DNA of 64,000 bases, from sequence record AP018399.1, one strand, 5' to 3'. Under the pieces are notes generated by a model. That model was not told where the DNA came from. It was given only the letters and a program-made list of their open reading frames with translations, and did not search any database. How positions within the stretch are numbered: the first letter of the stretch is position 1; each line of letters opens with the position of its first letter. Of this stretch, positions 63,250 through 64,000 are shown piece after piece. The position numbers were made by a program, and so were the translations under genes.

Positions 63250-63663
63250 TTAATTATTTCTAGCGTGTCGCTCACTGGCGATTTCCTTTAGTTCCTCAAA
63301 TCTGACGAACTCAAAGTAAGGCGGATGTTCCGTCTCACTCATGAATCCATCTTGGATTTCCGTTTCATAATCATATTCTACCAGCTTGAACGTGTAATCT
63401 CTATAGTTCGGGTTCAGGAGGTACGGACGACTGGAAACGGACTTGATGGTAAGCTCTTCGCCTAGCACCAAATCCTCGTAGTCGTCATCGTTCACGCGAG
63501 TGACCCTGACTTTCTCGCCAACCAACTCTTCGCCCAATTTGGCGAAGATGAACTCGACCCACACTTCACGGGAGAGATTCTTGATTAGCTGTTCGCCGCG
63601 AGGGGTCTTGGCGAATCTTTCATACTCATCTTTCAGTTCAGGATTCCACTCGCTCATAGCCAC
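63250..63663 (-). CDS. Hypothetical protein
   Basis: 137-aa ORF in the minus-strand run. Confidence 0.65.
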   Translation of the reverse strand: MAMSEWNPELKDEYERFAKTPRGEQLIKNLSREVWVEFIFAKLGEELVGEKVRVTRVNDDDYEDLVLGEELTIKSVSSRPYLLNPNYRDYTFKLVEYDYETEIQDGFMSETEHPPYFEFVRFEELKEIASERHARNN

Positions 63664-63995
63664 TTCTTATCCATGTAAACATTGCGTTGGATGCAATCGG
63701 TATCCCGGCCGAAGCCACAGATGTGGGTACCATCCATCTTGTACAAATCGTAATTGGAAACTTTGTTCATCGCGTTGAAGGTCTTGACCAGCAGCACAAG
63801 TTCGTCTTTCTTGAACATCGGTTCCCGCAAGGTCACGATGGTCCGATTACGTTGGTGGTCCCAATCGTAATCGTATGCTTCTTGGTCTTTGACTGCATAG
63901 GTTTTGTAAGTGGTAACGGTCAGTGAAGAGAGGATGGTTTCCCTCTTCACCTGACCGCAATGCTTACGTAGCGGATTGGGTTGTTCGTCGCTCAT
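63654..63995 (-). CDS. Hypothetical protein
   Basis: 113-aa ORF at the window end. Confidence 0.6.
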   Translation of the reverse strand: MSDEQPNPLRKHCGQVKRETILSSLTVTTYKTYAVKDQEAYDYDWDHQRNRTIVTLREPMFKKDELVLLVKTFNAMNKVSNYDLYKMDGTHICGFGRDTDCIQRNVYMDKKWL

Positions 63996-64000
63996 AATTA

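Noticed and set aside
1-64000. tRNA genes, integrase or transposase
   Set aside because: No cloverleaf with T-loop GTTCRA and CCA was found in the intergenic gaps by eye, and no recombinase or transposase motifs were seen; tRNAscan-SE would confirm

Overview
A 64-kb segment of a T4-related jumbo myophage genome (roughly 50% GC, almost all genes on the minus strand, standard genetic code). It contains the head/packaging module (portal gp20, prohead protease gp21, scaffold gp22-like, major capsid gp23, small and large terminase, expanded neck proteins gp13/gp14), replication/recombination genes (gp32 SSB, gp41 helicase, gp44/gp62 clamp loader, UvsX/UvsY/UvsW, a single-ORF gp47-gp46 fusion, a stand-alone DnaE fragment), late sigma gp55 with matching ATAAATA late promoters, a GH19 endolysin, six tandem paralogous Pro/Thr-linker virion proteins, and accessory nucleotide/RNA-repair genes (MazG fusion, SLOG, NUDIX, HAD, NADAR, phosphoesterases, Pth2, RNA ligase, class 3 lipase). 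The standout observation is a ~238-nt non-coding element (26355..26592, minus strand) directly downstream of the RNA ligase gene, inside a promoter-ligase-RNA-terminator unit. It reproduces the 23S rRNA GTPase-associated centre (helices 43/44, the L11/thiostrepton site) with compensatory base-pair changes and is interrupted by a 170-nt structured insertion between positions equivalent to E. coli 1090 and 1091. All assignments come from motif recognition and manual base-pairing; no database search or folding program was run.
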